DNA from: Octopus bimaculoides
Lineage: Eukaryota
Assembly (NCBI RefSeq): GCF_001194135.2
Contig: NC_068991.1
Coordinates: 23,282,447 to 23,346,446 of the forward strand
DNA length: 64,000 nt
Direction of reading: 5' to 3'
Under the pieces are notes generated by a model. It worked only from the letters and a program-made list of their open reading frames with translations. It was not told the origin of the DNA and ran no database searches. This document shows, piece by piece, positions 63,645 to 64,000 of this stretch. The first letter of the stretch is position 1; every line of letters begins with the position of its first letter. The position numbers and the translations under genes were made by a program.

Positions 63645-64000
63645 TCTTATCTGGTGGTCAATGAGGAAACTTGGGATAGAAGAATGGCTAGTGAGAGCTG
63701 TGCGAGCCATGTACAGAGATGCGGCCAGTAAGGTGAGGGTTGGAAATGAGTACAGCAATGAATTCCGGGTAGAGGTAGGGGTCCACCAAGGTTCCGTCCT
63801 CAGCCCCCTATTATTTACCATAGTCCTCCAGGCAATCACAGAGGAGTTCAAGACAGGTTGCCCCTGGGAGCTCCTCTATGCTGATGACCTTGCCCTAATT
63901 GCGGAGTCACTATCAGAACTAGAGGAGAAGTTTCAGGTGTGGAAGCAAGGTCTAGAATTGAAGGGCCTTAGAGTCAACCTAGCTAAAACCAAAATCCTAA
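63645..64000 (+). mobile_element. 5'-truncated RTE LINE RT core running off the window
   Basis: WLVRAVRAMY..GVHQGSVLSPLLF...ELLYADDLAL...GLRVNLAKTK; open frame with intact YADD. Confidence 0.92.

Overview
Repeat-dense, AT-rich eukaryotic genomic DNA with about 15 assembly gaps (N-runs). The SINE, LINE and microsatellite repertoire looks like an octopus or other cephalopod draft scaffold (inference from the repeat families). No host gene can be called with confidence; only a few weak exon candidates exist. Nearly all interpretable sequence is decayed, often nested transposon: R4/Dong-like RLE retrotransposons next to (TAA)n tracts, a Helitron with a PIF1 helicase remnant, a non-autonomous Helitron, RTE/BovB/CR1 LINE remnants, tRNA-derived SINEs, mariner, hAT, MULE and piggyBac-like pieces, several fold-back palindromes, and a Penelope-like element (RT + GIY-YIG) with an inverted arm. 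The most notable hidden signal is a set of up to eight type-I hammerhead-ribozyme motifs (CUGANGA...GAAA...palindromic stem III...NUH), read by eye on both strands, from at least four unrelated sequence families. They include two identical intact copies in an inverted duplication (33175-33237 minus, 33557-33619 plus), one with an unusually long stem II in the Penelope 3' end (58807-58894), and one carrying a U3-A8 covariant core (12221-12258). Hammerheads in Penelope elements are known as a class, but these instances and their activity are untested.
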